64,000 nucleotides of DNA from Clostridia bacterium (GCA_017935065.1 JAGBIF010000031.1:302-64301); one strand, 5' to 3'; shown: positions 1 through 9,322, counted from the stretch's first letter. Program-made: numbers and translations. Notes: a model not told the origin generated them from the sequence alone.

Positions 1-695
1 CTGCTTGTGAAGAGCCTTCTTACAAAGGCGTATATCTCGCTCTTCGGTGTAGCGCCTGCAGGGGTGCTTTCAACCTCGGCACCGTCCTCGGCCTCGGTAG
101 CCTCATCGGGCACGGCAACAGACCTCACGTCCGCACCTGCCGAAGATGTACTCTCGGTCTTTTTTACCTTCTTCGCCTTTGTGCTCGACGCCTTTTTCTC
201 AAGCTTTTTCTTTTCCTTTTCAAGCTTCTCTATGCGCTTTTTTTCAAGCTCGCGTTGCTTGTCAAGCTCGTCAAGCATAAAGAACCTGTCACAGACGTTC
301 TTGAATGACGGACAGGCGTTTGACAGTCCTGCACCGATAACGAATACATTTGATTCCTTGAGCCTTTTTGCAAGACCTGTGAAGTCGCTGTCATTTGACA
401 TAATGCAAAAGGCGTTTACGTGGTTTGAATAAAGAATATCCATAGCGGATATCGCCATATCAATATCACTCGCGTTCTTGCCCTTGGTGTAGGTGTACTG
501 AGGCGATATGGTGATGGAATGCTCGTTTGATATCTCGCGCCATCTGTCGACCTTGGGATTTCCCAGCGTTCCGTAGAGCCTCTTGTAGGTCACACGTCCA
601 AGCGCGGAAAGCTCGTCTGTGATGATTTCTATATACCTCGTATCAAGATTTTCACCGTCGATAAGAAGCGCGATTGTAAGGTTTTCGTCAAGCAT
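1..695 (-). CDS. NYN/LabA-like (DUF88) domain protein, N-terminal part only; the gene runs off the left edge
   Basis: Not in the ORF track because there is no stop in the window. Manual reverse translation from the ATG at 695-693 gives MLDENLTIALLIDGENLDTRYIEIITDELSALGRVTYKRLYGTLGNPKVDRW..., the LIDGEN-type NYN start, followed by a Lys/Glu-rich region. The plus-strand ORF 7-432 is its low-complexity shadow. Confidence 0.65.
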   Translation of the reverse strand, partial: MLDENLTIALLIDGENLDTRYIEIITDELSALGRVTYKRLYGTLGNPKVDRWREISNEHSITISPQYTYTKGKNASDIDMAISAMDILYSNHVNAFCIMSNDSDFTGLAKRLKESNVFVIGAGLSNACPSFKNVCDRFFMLDELDKQRELEKKRIEKLEKEKKKLEKKASSTKAKKVKKTESTSSAGADVRSVAVPDEATEAEDGAEVESTPAGATPKSEIYAFVRRLFTS

Positions 696-698
696 AGC

Positions 699-1421
699 TT
701 ACATTTTTCCTCTCTTATATATAAATTCGTATGTGTCGGTGGTATCGACCTCGTTTATATGAAGCTTGATTTTTTCGCAGGTAAGAAGATAATTCGCAAG
801 TGTCTCGTTCGTAATATCCGAGGGCAGGTAGACACCGCACCTCGCGCGCCTTGTGTCGGCGTGATAGTCCGCCCCCGCCGTGAGGATAAGCGAGGTGTCC
901 TTCGCGATTTTTAGTATTCTCTCAAAATGCGTGCCCTCGTAAAGCGGGTGGCAGTTTACCTCAATTCCGTCAAGGTAGCGAAGCTCCTGCAGTCGGTCGA
1001 CGTCCCGTCTGAAGGGATGCGCTTGCACCACAGCCCCCCCGTATGCGTGAACGAGCGCGTAAAGCTCGGACTGCTCAAGTGTGTAAATAGTTGGATTATC
1101 GGTGATGAAGCTAAACGGCACGCCGTAAATCAGAATATGAAGCTTCGGGTCGCGCGAGACGGTAAGCTCAATTCCGTAAAGCACGGTAAGCCCCATCTCC
1201 TCCCCAAGCCTTCTTGCTAAAAAATATTCCTCGTTATAGCGCTTAGCAAGCTCGTCCGGCGAGGTGGCTTCTGCATACTTTTCGCTGTAATGGTTGGTAA
1301 GCACGATACCGTCGTGCCCCGCGTCCCTCGCCTGCTTCAGTACCTCGTCTATCGGAATTTTACAGCACTCGCTGATACCGCTACTATGCGCGTGCATATC
1401 AATAAGAAGCTCGTTTTTCAT
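699..1421 (-). CDS. PHP-domain metal-dependent phosphoesterase
   Basis: 240-aa ORF. The N-terminus LIDMHAHSSGIS...GHDGIVLTNHY is typical of the PHP (polymerase/histidinol phosphatase) fold. Confidence 0.75.
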   Translation of the reverse strand: MKNELLIDMHAHSSGISECCKIPIDEVLKQARDAGHDGIVLTNHYSEKYAEATSPDELAKRYNEEYFLARRLGEEMGLTVLYGIELTVSRDPKLHILIYGVPFSFITDNPTIYTLEQSELYALVHAYGGAVVQAHPFRRDVDRLQELRYLDGIEVNCHPLYEGTHFERILKIAKDTSLILTAGADYHADTRRARCGVYLPSDITNETLANYLLTCEKIKLHINEVDTTDTYEFIYKRGKM

Positions 1422-1452
1422 TTTTTATACCTCACAAAATAGCTGATATTTT

Positions 1453-2226
1453 CTAAATCAGGGCCTCGGCACAGCTCACCGCAAGAAGCCTCTCTTTGTC
1501 GACCGTATCCCGTCCGTACGCGTCAAGGAATATATCCGAATAGCGGTCGGTGCCGAGATTGAAGTTAAGTGTCCAAAGCCCCCAGAAGATATCAATGTGT
1601 CGGTCTCCGACGCCACCGCACCCAAGGTCGATATAACCCGAGAGGCGCCAGCCGTCATATATTACGTTCGGTAGACAGAAGTCACCGTGTATAAGCACAT
1701 CGCGCCGAAGCATCCCCTCGCTGGCCTTCAGTATGCGGTAGGCATCCTCGTGGGATTTGAGCCTTGAGTAGGACGATAGCGACGAGTGCGGTCTTGCCCC
1801 CGACTCATAGCTCTCATACGCGCCCTTAAGATAGGGGGTAATTCTGTCGGATACGGGCGAGAGCTCTGTCGGCAGACTGTGAAAGGCGCGCATGCTCTCG
1901 GCAAGCGAGATTGCGAGCCTCCGCCCGTCGCGAAGATACATACTGTCAGTAAGAGGCTTTCCCGAAACGCGCCTTGTCAGAAGCATATCCTGCCCCGAGC
2001 ATTCACCGTAGAAAAGCACCTCGGGACCGAGCGAGAGGGAATGAAGATAGGCGTCCATCTCGGCTTCACGAAGAAGTGCCTTTTGCTCTGCTATTTTAAG
2101 AAAAAATTCACCGTCAGCGCCCACGCGAAAGACTCTTGCCTCGGGGGAGGAGGAAAAATCGGCTACGGGGTAGACACCGACTATATCGCGTACCTCTGGG
2201 GGCAGCTCGTTAATATTAAAATTCAT
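1453..2226 (-). CDS. Aminoglycoside phosphotransferase (APH(3')-like) family kinase
   Basis: 257 aa. It has the catalytic-loop and activation motifs VLIHGDFCLPNVIY...GYIDLGCGGVGDRHIDIF characteristic of APH/choline-kinase family enzymes. Confidence 0.75.
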   Translation of the reverse strand: MNFNINELPPEVRDIVGVYPVADFSSSPEARVFRVGADGEFFLKIAEQKALLREAEMDAYLHSLSLGPEVLFYGECSGQDMLLTRRVSGKPLTDSMYLRDGRRLAISLAESMRAFHSLPTELSPVSDRITPYLKGAYESYESGARPHSSLSSYSRLKSHEDAYRILKASEGMLRRDVLIHGDFCLPNVIYDGWRLSGYIDLGCGGVGDRHIDIFWGLWTLNFNLGTDRYSDIFLDAYGRDTVDKERLLAVSCAEALI

Positions 2227-2229
2227 ACT

Positions 2230-3138
2230 TTAGTCAATGCTTTGATAAGGCACGCCGTCCTTATAGGATATATCCACCTTGCCGATAACCACGCGCCTGT
2301 CGCCCGAGGGACGCATAGGGTCGGTCTGGATGTGAAAGGCGGTCATAAGCTCACCGCTTTTCGTTTTAAAGAATGCGTTGTGTCCCGAGCCAAAGAGGTC
2401 GTCACGGCAGGAAAGCACAGGATTGCAGTCGGGCTTTATGAACGGACCTCTCGGAGATTTTGCATAGGAGATGCAAATTGCGTAATCGTTTGTGGCGTAG
2501 CAGTTTGCCGAGTAGTTCATAATATAGTAATTTCCGTCGAAAATCACCGTCGGTCCCTCGTTCCAGAGCGTAGGCGTGCCGCCGCGATTTAAGGACTTGC
2601 GCTCAAATTTCTCGGTCGGTGTGCTGACGAGAGTATGCTCGCCAATACACTTCGTGAGAGACTCGTCAAGCTCTACACAGTAAAGCTGGCTGACTCTTAT
2701 GCCGTCTACTATATTCTCGGAGCAGTCTCTTGAATAATAGAGGAAATTGCCCTCATCCGATATAAGCACTGAGCCGTCTATTGCCGCATAGCCCATATCA
2801 AACATAGGCGCGTCAAACACGTCACGAAATGGTCCTGTCGGTGAGTCTGATACGGCAACGCCGATACGAAGCGAGTTAAGCTCACGGCTCATAGCCGAGT
2901 AGTGCATAATAAATTTACCGCCGTGATAAACCACCTCGGGCGCCCAGAAGTGGCTCTTGCCCCAGGAGTCAATGGCGTGGAAGCAGTGTATCGGCTCGCT
3001 CCAGTCTGCAAGGTCGTCGCTGACGCGCACGTCAAAGCCCTCGCAAAAATGCTCGCAATTGGTAGCGTAGCAATAGTATTTTCCATCATACAGTACTATC
3101 TGTGGGTCGCCTATTTTAGTAATGTCTGTAATAATCAT
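2230..3138 (-). CDS. Glycoside hydrolase family 43-like (beta-xylosidase/arabinanase fold)
   Basis: 302 aa, no signal peptide. The WAPEVVYHGGKFIMHYSA and GPTVIFDGNYYIMNYSA blades are typical of the GH43 five-bladed propeller. Confidence 0.7.
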   Translation of the reverse strand: MIITDITKIGDPQIVLYDGKYYCYATNCEHFCEGFDVRVSDDLADWSEPIHCFHAIDSWGKSHFWAPEVVYHGGKFIMHYSAMSRELNSLRIGVAVSDSPTGPFRDVFDAPMFDMGYAAIDGSVLISDEGNFLYYSRDCSENIVDGIRVSQLYCVELDESLTKCIGEHTLVSTPTEKFERKSLNRGGTPTLWNEGPTVIFDGNYYIMNYSANCYATNDYAICISYAKSPRGPFIKPDCNPVLSCRDDLFGSGHNAFFKTKSGELMTAFHIQTDPMRPSGDRRVVIGKVDISYKDGVPYQSID

Positions 3139-3193
3139 AATTTCTTATTCCTTCATAAAAAGCGTGTAATGCTAATAGTTGTTTGCGAAAGCC

Positions 3194-4201
3194 TTATTTT
3201 CTGTATTCATCAAGCACCCTTCCAAGAAGCTCGGGGTTGTCTGTCATTATACAGTCACAGCCAAGCTCTATAAGCTCTCTCATAGTAGCCTCGTCGTTTA
3301 TAGTCCAGTACTGCACCGCAATATTACGCCTGTGCGCGCGCCTTATGAAGGTTCCTCTCGCAAGATTGAGAGTAATGTCCACGTCATAATCGGTGGGTAT
3401 CTGCAGGCAGGCAAAGTCGCCGCCGTCAAAGAGATTGACACAAAGAAGCTGGGTTACGATAAACTTGGCCGCCGTGCCCGTAGGCGCGCCTCGGTAGAGG
3501 TCGGGGTAATTCGCTTTCAGCTCTGCCTCAATCTCGTCGTGGAAGGTGCCGACTACTATTCGGTCACGGTAGGCGGGGAATTCCCCAAGCACCTCGTTAA
3601 GAAGCCTTGCCGCCTCGTAGCCGCGCTCACCCTCATCCTTTATCTCAACTATAAAGAGAAGCTCGGGGTGGCTCTCATAAAACTCCGAAAAAAGCTCGTC
3701 AACCGTCGCGATGGCAAGCCCCAGCTCGGCAGGATCTTCGGCATCCCTGTATATCCTCTCGCCATCCCTTTCAAAGTAAAAGCCGAAGTTATAGCTCTTA
3801 AGCTCGGCAAGCGTCATATCGCGTATATAGTGTCTTTTGGACTTGTCCTTGATAAGCTCCTTCATATCCTCATACGGGATATCCCCGTTTACATTACAGG
3901 TCTCGTCAATATACGCATCGTGGTTGTAAACGAGGTGTCCGTCCTTGGTAAGATACAGGTCGCTCTCGATTATATCCACATGATAGGTCATAACCGCCTC
4001 GCGGAAGGCGAGCAGGGTATTCTCGGGATTGCACTCGCCGCCGCCTCTGTGCGCGGCAATCATAGGAAGCTCACCGTCACCCACTACGAAGGGATTGTTC
4101 TCAACATTCTTCCTCGGCGGTATAACATTGATTAAAAGCATAAATACTGCTATGACTGCCAGCACTATTGCCGTGATTTTTAAGCCTCTTTGTTTTTTCA
4201 T
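3194..4201 (-). CDS. Membrane-anchored glycerophosphodiester phosphodiesterase (GDPD family)
   Basis: N-terminal TM helix, then the AAHRGGGECNPENTLLAFREAV GDPD signature. I chose the start at 4201 (MKKQRGL) because an AAGAGGTG Shine-Dalgarno sequence precedes it and this removes the overlap with the upstream gene. The track start is 4234. Confidence 0.8.
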   Translation of the reverse strand: MKKQRGLKITAIVLAVIAVFMLLINVIPPRKNVENNPFVVGDGELPMIAAHRGGGECNPENTLLAFREAVMTYHVDIIESDLYLTKDGHLVYNHDAYIDETCNVNGDIPYEDMKELIKDKSKRHYIRDMTLAELKSYNFGFYFERDGERIYRDAEDPAELGLAIATVDELFSEFYESHPELLFIVEIKDEGERGYEAARLLNEVLGEFPAYRDRIVVGTFHDEIEAELKANYPDLYRGAPTGTAAKFIVTQLLCVNLFDGGDFACLQIPTDYDVDITLNLARGTFIRRAHRRNIAVQYWTINDEATMRELIELGCDCIMTDNPELLGRVLDEYRK

Positions 4202-4211
4202 AAAGCACCTC

Positions 4212-5411
4212 TTATTTCGTATATTTTTTCGCAAGCCCGCCCTCAGCGGTCTCTCTGTAAATAACCTTAAGGTCCTTGCCCGTCTCGTACATAGTCTCGA
4301 CTATCATATCAAAGCTTATCTTCCTCGAGTCGGCAAGGAAGTCGGCAAGGCTCACCGCATTTATCGCGCGCATAGCGGCAATAGCATTTCGCTCAATGCA
4401 GGGTATCTGCACAAGTCCGCCGATAGGGTCGCAGGTAAGTCCGAGATGATGCTCAATAGACATCTCTGCCGCATACTCTATCTGGTCAAGGTCAAGCTCA
4501 TAAAGGTCTGCCGCCGCGGCAGCCGCCATAGCGCACGCCGTACCTATCTCCGCCTGACAACCGCACTCGGCACCGCTTATTGAGGCATTGGTTTTTATTA
4601 GATTTCCGATAAGGCTTGCCGTCGCGAGCGCGTGTATAATGTCATCTTCTGTAAACCCTTCTTTACCAATAAGGAACTTCAGCACCGCGGGAAGCACACC
4701 GCACGCACCGCAGGTAGGTGCGGTTACGATAACACCGCCTGCCGCGTTTTCCTCGCTCACCGCGTAGGCGTAGGCGCAGATAAGACGGTTGGTCTTGGTT
4801 TCCTGTCTCTCGTCAATATGCTTCTGACGGAAAAGGTATCTCGCCTTTCGCATAAGCCCAAGCCCTCCGTGAAGCACACCCTCGCTCGAAATGCCGCGCG
4901 AGATTGCCGCATCCATAGCCTTCCATACCTCGCGAAGGTAGTCCCATATATCCTCGCCCTCACATTCCTCGACGTACTGCCAGAGCCTCATATCCCTTGC
5001 TCTGCAGTATTCCGAAATCTGTGTGAAGGACGACATCCCGTAGACCTCGCTTGTCTCGGGTAGCGTCTCGCCCTCTGCAATAACCGCGCCGCCGCCAACG
5101 CTGAAAAAGCGCTCTCTTGCTACCTCGCGCCCGCCCGAGTGCGCTATTATATCAAGCGTGTTCGGGTGCGTTGGGGTCTCGGTCTTTGTATCAAATATTA
5201 TCTCGCAGGGAAGTCTGTCAAACGCCTCCCTCAGCGCCTCGTCGGTCATATGCCCCGCGCCCGTCTTTGCAAGCGAGCCGTAGAGTATAACGGTAAAGCT
5301 ATCCGCCTCGGGATTGCCTTTCATAAAGCGCTTTGCCGCCGAGTACGGCCCCATAGTATGTGAGGACGACGGCCCCTTGCCTATTCTGTATAGATGCCTT
5401 AGTGATTTCAT
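4212..5411 (-). CDS. sdaA: L-serine ammonia-lyase (iron-sulfur dependent, single-chain form)
   Basis: 399 aa. The N-terminus LYRIGKGPSSSHTMGP and the internal CGACG / GAECGCQAEIG motifs are typical of Fe-S L-serine dehydratases. Confidence 0.85.
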   Translation of the reverse strand: MKSLRHLYRIGKGPSSSHTMGPYSAAKRFMKGNPEADSFTVILYGSLAKTGAGHMTDEALREAFDRLPCEIIFDTKTETPTHPNTLDIIAHSGGREVARERFFSVGGGAVIAEGETLPETSEVYGMSSFTQISEYCRARDMRLWQYVEECEGEDIWDYLREVWKAMDAAISRGISSEGVLHGGLGLMRKARYLFRQKHIDERQETKTNRLICAYAYAVSEENAAGGVIVTAPTCGACGVLPAVLKFLIGKEGFTEDDIIHALATASLIGNLIKTNASISGAECGCQAEIGTACAMAAAAAADLYELDLDQIEYAAEMSIEHHLGLTCDPIGGLVQIPCIERNAIAAMRAINAVSLADFLADSRKISFDMIVETMYETGKDLKVIYRETAEGGLAKKYTK

Positions 5412-5456
5412 TTCTTTTCCTTCCTGAAATTAAGGGAAAATGCCCTTATGCGTGGC

Positions 5457-6269
5457 TTAAAGCAGGCTCGGTATCTGCTTTGCGCTTGTTACCTCGAACA
5501 GAAGAATATGCGTGTCCTCGCCCCACCTCGCGGGAATACCAAGCTCACCCGCCTTGCGCATTATGTCCTCCGCGCGCTCGGCACGGGTGTAGCGCACCTC
5601 AAGCGTCTGAGGTGTGTCGGGGAAGGCGAGCGCCACAGGCTTATCAAGCAGTGAAAGCGACGCGCAGGTAGCGCTGTAAAGCTCGTCCAGCACCTCGCCA
5701 CGCTCGCGAAGATGTGCGTTGTTGCGCCCTCTGCCCCTCTTCGTCACCACGCACACGGCATCGGGGCAGATGCCCTTCAGCTCATTACAGGATATATCAT
5801 CCCCCGCGTGAAGCAGGGCCTTAACACCGAGGTCGGCAAAAATATGCGTATCAACGAAAAGCTCACCGATAGGCGTACCGCCGAGCTTCACATACTGTAT
5901 TCCCACCGAGCTGAAGGTGTGGGCAAGCACACCCATAGGCGTGCCTTCCTTTGCGTGGTAGCCGAGAAATATTACGCCCGAGAGCGAAAGAGCCTTCGCA
6001 AAATCCCCTCGGTACAGGTAGCCCCTGTGGCTGACGGGTGTTATCCGCTTATCAAGAAGGCTCGTATCAATATTGCCACCGCCACCGTGGTTGTCCCACA
6101 CGTATACATGCTCCGCACCCTTGTCAAACAGTGCGCGCGCGACGGTGTTTATCTCAAACACCGCCCCCTCGCACGCAGTCTTGTAATCGCAAGAGTGTGT
6201 GAGTGTCTGATACCTCTCACCCACAACACCGTGAATTCCCTCAAGGTCAACGCAAATTAAAATGTTCAT
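5457..6269 (-). CDS. Peptidase M55 (DppA-type D-aminopeptidase) family protein
   Basis: 270 aa. It has the M55-like start MNILICVDLEGIHGVV and an internal HGGGGN motif. Confidence 0.7.
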   Translation of the reverse strand: MNILICVDLEGIHGVVGERYQTLTHSCDYKTACEGAVFEINTVARALFDKGAEHVYVWDNHGGGGNIDTSLLDKRITPVSHRGYLYRGDFAKALSLSGVIFLGYHAKEGTPMGVLAHTFSSVGIQYVKLGGTPIGELFVDTHIFADLGVKALLHAGDDISCNELKGICPDAVCVVTKRGRGRNNAHLRERGEVLDELYSATCASLSLLDKPVALAFPDTPQTLEVRYTRAERAEDIMRKAGELGIPARWGEDTHILLFEVTSAKQIPSLL

Positions 6270-6289
6270 AGAATATATCCTCTTTAAAA

Positions 6290-6886
6290 TTACGGATTTT
6301 CGTCAATCAGGTCTTTGATAGAGCTTAAAGCATCCATTTGACTGTCTGTCAGAGCTTGTGGGTCGATGTTGTCGGCTTCACACTTGTGGATATGTCTGTG
6401 ATAGGAAATCAGCTCGGACTTGTCCGAAAAACGCTTGTTCAAGGCACAGCACAAATAGCTTTCGTCTGTAAAATCACTAAAGCAAGCCTCGGACGGCGCT
6501 GATATGATATAAAAGACCTCGCCGTTATGAGACAGAACCTCGCCACACTTAAAAAGTACAGGAAGGCTGCAGACCTCAAGAAACGGAAAAAAGGGTGGAC
6601 ACTCTCTTTTTCCAAAGTGCTTATTATATATCGCTTGTGTTTTATCGTGAATAAATCCAAACGCTTCAATATCCTCAATTGCGGCACCTATAAGCTCGAT
6701 TTCCGCTTTGCTTTGTGTCTTTTTGAGAAGCTTGGCAAGGAATGCCGTTTTGTCATTTTCGCTCACATAATGCATAATTAAGGTTGCGCATTGAAGTATT
6801 GAGGGGTTGAAGTCACTATGCCTCAAATGTTCACGCATGGCAGATGAGGGAATAAAGCTTACTATTTCGTCAATCAGGTCTATCAT
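6290..6886 (-). CDS. Hypothetical protein (198 aa), last gene of the AT-rich cassette
   Basis: Clean ORF, 9 nt downstream of the methyltransferase gene and 20 nt upstream of the M55 gene. I recognise no motif. Confidence 0.5.
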   Translation of the reverse strand: MIDLIDEIVSFIPSSAMREHLRHSDFNPSILQCATLIMHYVSENDKTAFLAKLLKKTQSKAEIELIGAAIEDIEAFGFIHDKTQAIYNKHFGKRECPPFFPFLEVCSLPVLFKCGEVLSHNGEVFYIISAPSEACFSDFTDESYLCCALNKRFSDKSELISYHRHIHKCEADNIDPQALTDSQMDALSSIKDLIDENP

Positions 6887-6895
6887 TGCTTATCC

Positions 6896-7561
6896 TCACC
6901 AAATAAAAGGTATCAATCGGTATTTTACCCTTGTCTTGTATTCGCTGTAGCCGACAAGCCCCTCGGTAAGCACTCTTTCCTCGTTTATGATACGCACCGC
7001 GATTATGATAGGGTAGAGAAGAAAGGGTATCAGCCCGTACAGCGAGCCGAGAATGATCGGCATCGGCAAAAACATAAGAAGCGTCGCAAGATACATAGGG
7101 TGCCTGACGGTGCCGTATAGCCCCGTGTCAATTATTTTCTGCTCTGCCTGCACCTCAACGGTGCGCGAAAGATAGGCGTTCTCACGCATGACCTCGCCGT
7201 ACAAGCAATAGCCGATAAGGAATAGCACCGATGCGAGTATCACCGCAGGCAAGGGCACCTCGGACCACCCAAATCTGAAGTCAAGCGCCGAGAGTGTGAA
7301 GCCCGAGAGAAAGACCGCCCCCGAGAGGGCAACGACACCGCGCTGTGTCCTCTCGCGCTCACCGCCCGACAGGCGCTTCTCAAGAAGCGTCGGCGCCTTG
7401 ACGAAAAGCACCGCCCCAAGCAGTAGCATAGGCACAAACAAAAGCCCCATAAACAGCCACCCATAAGGGTAATCAAGCGTCCCCGCAGGCAAAAACAAAA
7501 GCACTCCCACAAGCACAACACCCAAAAGATATTTACATAAAGCACTGAAAAGAAGCTTCAT
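6896..7561 (-). CDS. Isoprenylcysteine carboxyl / phospholipid methyltransferase (ICMT/PEMT) family membrane protein
   Basis: 221 aa and multi-TM. The C-terminal motif GLYGTVRHPMYLATLLMF...INEERVL...YSEYKTRVKYRLIPFIW is typical of the family. Its start codon overlaps the upstream stop (ATGA). Confidence 0.75.
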   Translation of the reverse strand: MKLLFSALCKYLLGVVLVGVLLFLPAGTLDYPYGWLFMGLLFVPMLLLGAVLFVKAPTLLEKRLSGGERERTQRGVVALSGAVFLSGFTLSALDFRFGWSEVPLPAVILASVLFLIGYCLYGEVMRENAYLSRTVEVQAEQKIIDTGLYGTVRHPMYLATLLMFLPMPIILGSLYGLIPFLLYPIIIAVRIINEERVLTEGLVGYSEYKTRVKYRLIPFIW

Positions 7562-8070
7562 ACGGTTTCCTCACTTTTATTCTTTTTAGGAATGCTAGCG
7601 TCGTCTATAATTTCCATCCAACCGCGCACAACCTTGCACACCTCGTTGATATCCGCGTTTTTCTCAATAAAAAACACCGCAAGCAACGCCTCAACGGCGG
7701 TTGCTATAAATTTGTGTGAGTCACCTTTATAATCGTAACTGTGCGGAATGTTTTTATCATTCACGTCATACTTGATAAAATCAATCAGTCCGTAATGCCT
7801 CGCAATATGCTCGACAAGAGTCTTGTCGGTTTCATAATCCTTCTTTTCGTCGGTGATTCTTTCACTTCCTTTTTCATAAAGAATTTTGCAAAGAGCGAGC
7901 TTCAGCACCGCATCACCGTATGTGGAAAGCGAGGAGTTCGTTTCGTTATCATTGATTTTATGATCAATATTTTTATAGGATTTATCGGTTAATGCGCGGA
8001 TAAACATACTCTCATCGCGCTGACAATTTCCGTGCAAATATTCATAAAACGCATCGTTTTCAAGGCACAT
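7558..8070 (-). CDS. RNase III-fold protein, partly degenerate (Mini-III-like size)
   Basis: 170 aa. STYGDAVLKLALCKILY resembles the RNase III signature (E..LGDAVL), and HKFIATAVEALLAVFFIE resembles the second catalytic helix (ADAFEA.IGAIYLD). Several acidic positions appear to be replaced. Confidence 0.45.
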   Translation of the reverse strand: MCLENDAFYEYLHGNCQRDESMFIRALTDKSYKNIDHKINDNETNSSLSTYGDAVLKLALCKILYEKGSERITDEKKDYETDKTLVEHIARHYGLIDFIKYDVNDKNIPHSYDYKGDSHKFIATAVEALLAVFFIEKNADINEVCKVVRGWMEIIDDASIPKKNKSEETV

Positions 8071-8115
8071 AAAATCCTCCCGAATATAGAGCTTTAATAG
8101 ATTATCAGCCTCGCG

Positions 8116-9273
8116 TTATTCCTTTTCGGTATATTTACATTTAGGGAAATTCGGGCAGGCGTAAAAGCTTCCGTATTGTCCTCGCTTAAGCACCAGAGGC
8201 GCACCGCAGAGCTTGCATTTTCTCTCATCCGCACCGCTCTTTGACTTCGGTGCTGTGGCATCGGCGCCTACTGTGTCTGACTTCATTAGATTGCATCGGT
8301 GACATAGAGTTTGCAGATTGTCAAAATTTGATTTTCCGCCCTTGGCGATAGGGAAAATATGGTCTACCTCAAGCTGATCTGTCGATATTCCGCACATTCT
8401 GCAACGGTAGCCGTCTCGCTTGTAGATTGCAAAACGCATTTTGTTGCTTACCTTGCTACGCTCAACACGGCAGATAGAATCCCATATCTCACTATCAAGA
8501 TATCTGTCGCCGTTTTTGTTATTCAATCGCTCCATCGCGTCGGAAATTATGTCATATGAGAATACAAACGATTTGTTGCTCTTAAATGCGCCGTTTATAT
8601 TTGTGAGAGTTAAGGTTACTGAAATTGAATAATCCCTGATGGGCGCCTGTATAAGCGAATTAAATACTCTTTTTTCGGTTAAGCTCAGCTTTTTCTTGAA
8701 AATTGCTTTATTTGCCTTATCATATTCATCAAAGCACTTTACGGAAGCTAATTCACAACTATATGCTTCGTAAAGCTCTTTGTTTGCCTCAGCAAGCTTT
8801 GCGTTGGCAATAACATCGCCTTTTATATATACCAGCTGATACACCAGATAATCGAAGGGCGAAACCTCGTTATAAAAAACCTCGTTATCATAGGTATAAG
8901 CAAGCTGAGGTAGCACAAGCTCGTTGAACTTATAGCTGTCGTTAATATTCTTCAGTCGTTGAATTGCAAGGCTATGGTTTTCTACGAATTTTACATATCT
9001 TCTGTCGGTAAGCTTTATAAGAATAAAGGCTAAAAGCGAAAGCAATCCCAGCGATAGCAAAACGATACACAGCACAAGATTTTCTTCAATAAAGCTGATA
9101 AATCCGTTGAATATCGCGACCGCAAGGCCTATCACGATAAAGGGTAAAATCAATAAAGCAACGAGCGGTGCCGAGCTACAGCCCGAGCCACGTCTGCCGT
9201 AACGCCTTCTGCTGTAATAGCCCCGACTTGAGTAGCCTCTTCTGTAATTTTTGCGTTTGCGATAAAAGCTCAT
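8116..9273 (-). CDS. Membrane-anchored HNH endonuclease with a C-terminal topoisomerase-type C4 zinc ribbon
   Basis: 385 aa. It has an Arg/Tyr/Ser-rich N-tail and two TM helices. An unassigned ~200-aa middle region follows. It also has the HNH motif YKRDGYRCRMCG...EVDHIFPIAKGGKSNFDNLQTLCHRCNLMKS and the zinc ribbon CKLCGAPLVLKRGQYGSFYACPNFPKCKY. Confidence 0.7.
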   Translation of the reverse strand: MSFYRKRKNYRRGYSSRGYYSRRRYGRRGSGCSSAPLVALLILPFIVIGLAVAIFNGFISFIEENLVLCIVLLSLGLLSLLAFILIKLTDRRYVKFVENHSLAIQRLKNINDSYKFNELVLPQLAYTYDNEVFYNEVSPFDYLVYQLVYIKGDVIANAKLAEANKELYEAYSCELASVKCFDEYDKANKAIFKKKLSLTEKRVFNSLIQAPIRDYSISVTLTLTNINGAFKSNKSFVFSYDIISDAMERLNNKNGDRYLDSEIWDSICRVERSKVSNKMRFAIYKRDGYRCRMCGISTDQLEVDHIFPIAKGGKSNFDNLQTLCHRCNLMKSDTVGADATAPKSKSGADERKCKLCGAPLVLKRGQYGSFYACPNFPKCKYTEKE

Positions 9274-9322
9274 AGTGCTATCCTTTCAAAAGTGTGAATT
9301 AAATATATCAAAGCGGGACCTG

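Noticed and set aside
7-432. 141-aa plus-strand ORF rich in Ser/Phe/Ala
   Set aside because: It is low-complexity and antisense to the NYN-domain gene, whose minus-strand translation shows clear family motifs.
1786-4135. Plus-strand ORFs 1786-2592 (268 aa) and 3179-4135 (318 aa)
   Set aside because: They are antisense to the APH/GH43 and GDPD genes respectively and have no motifs. They are shadow ORFs.
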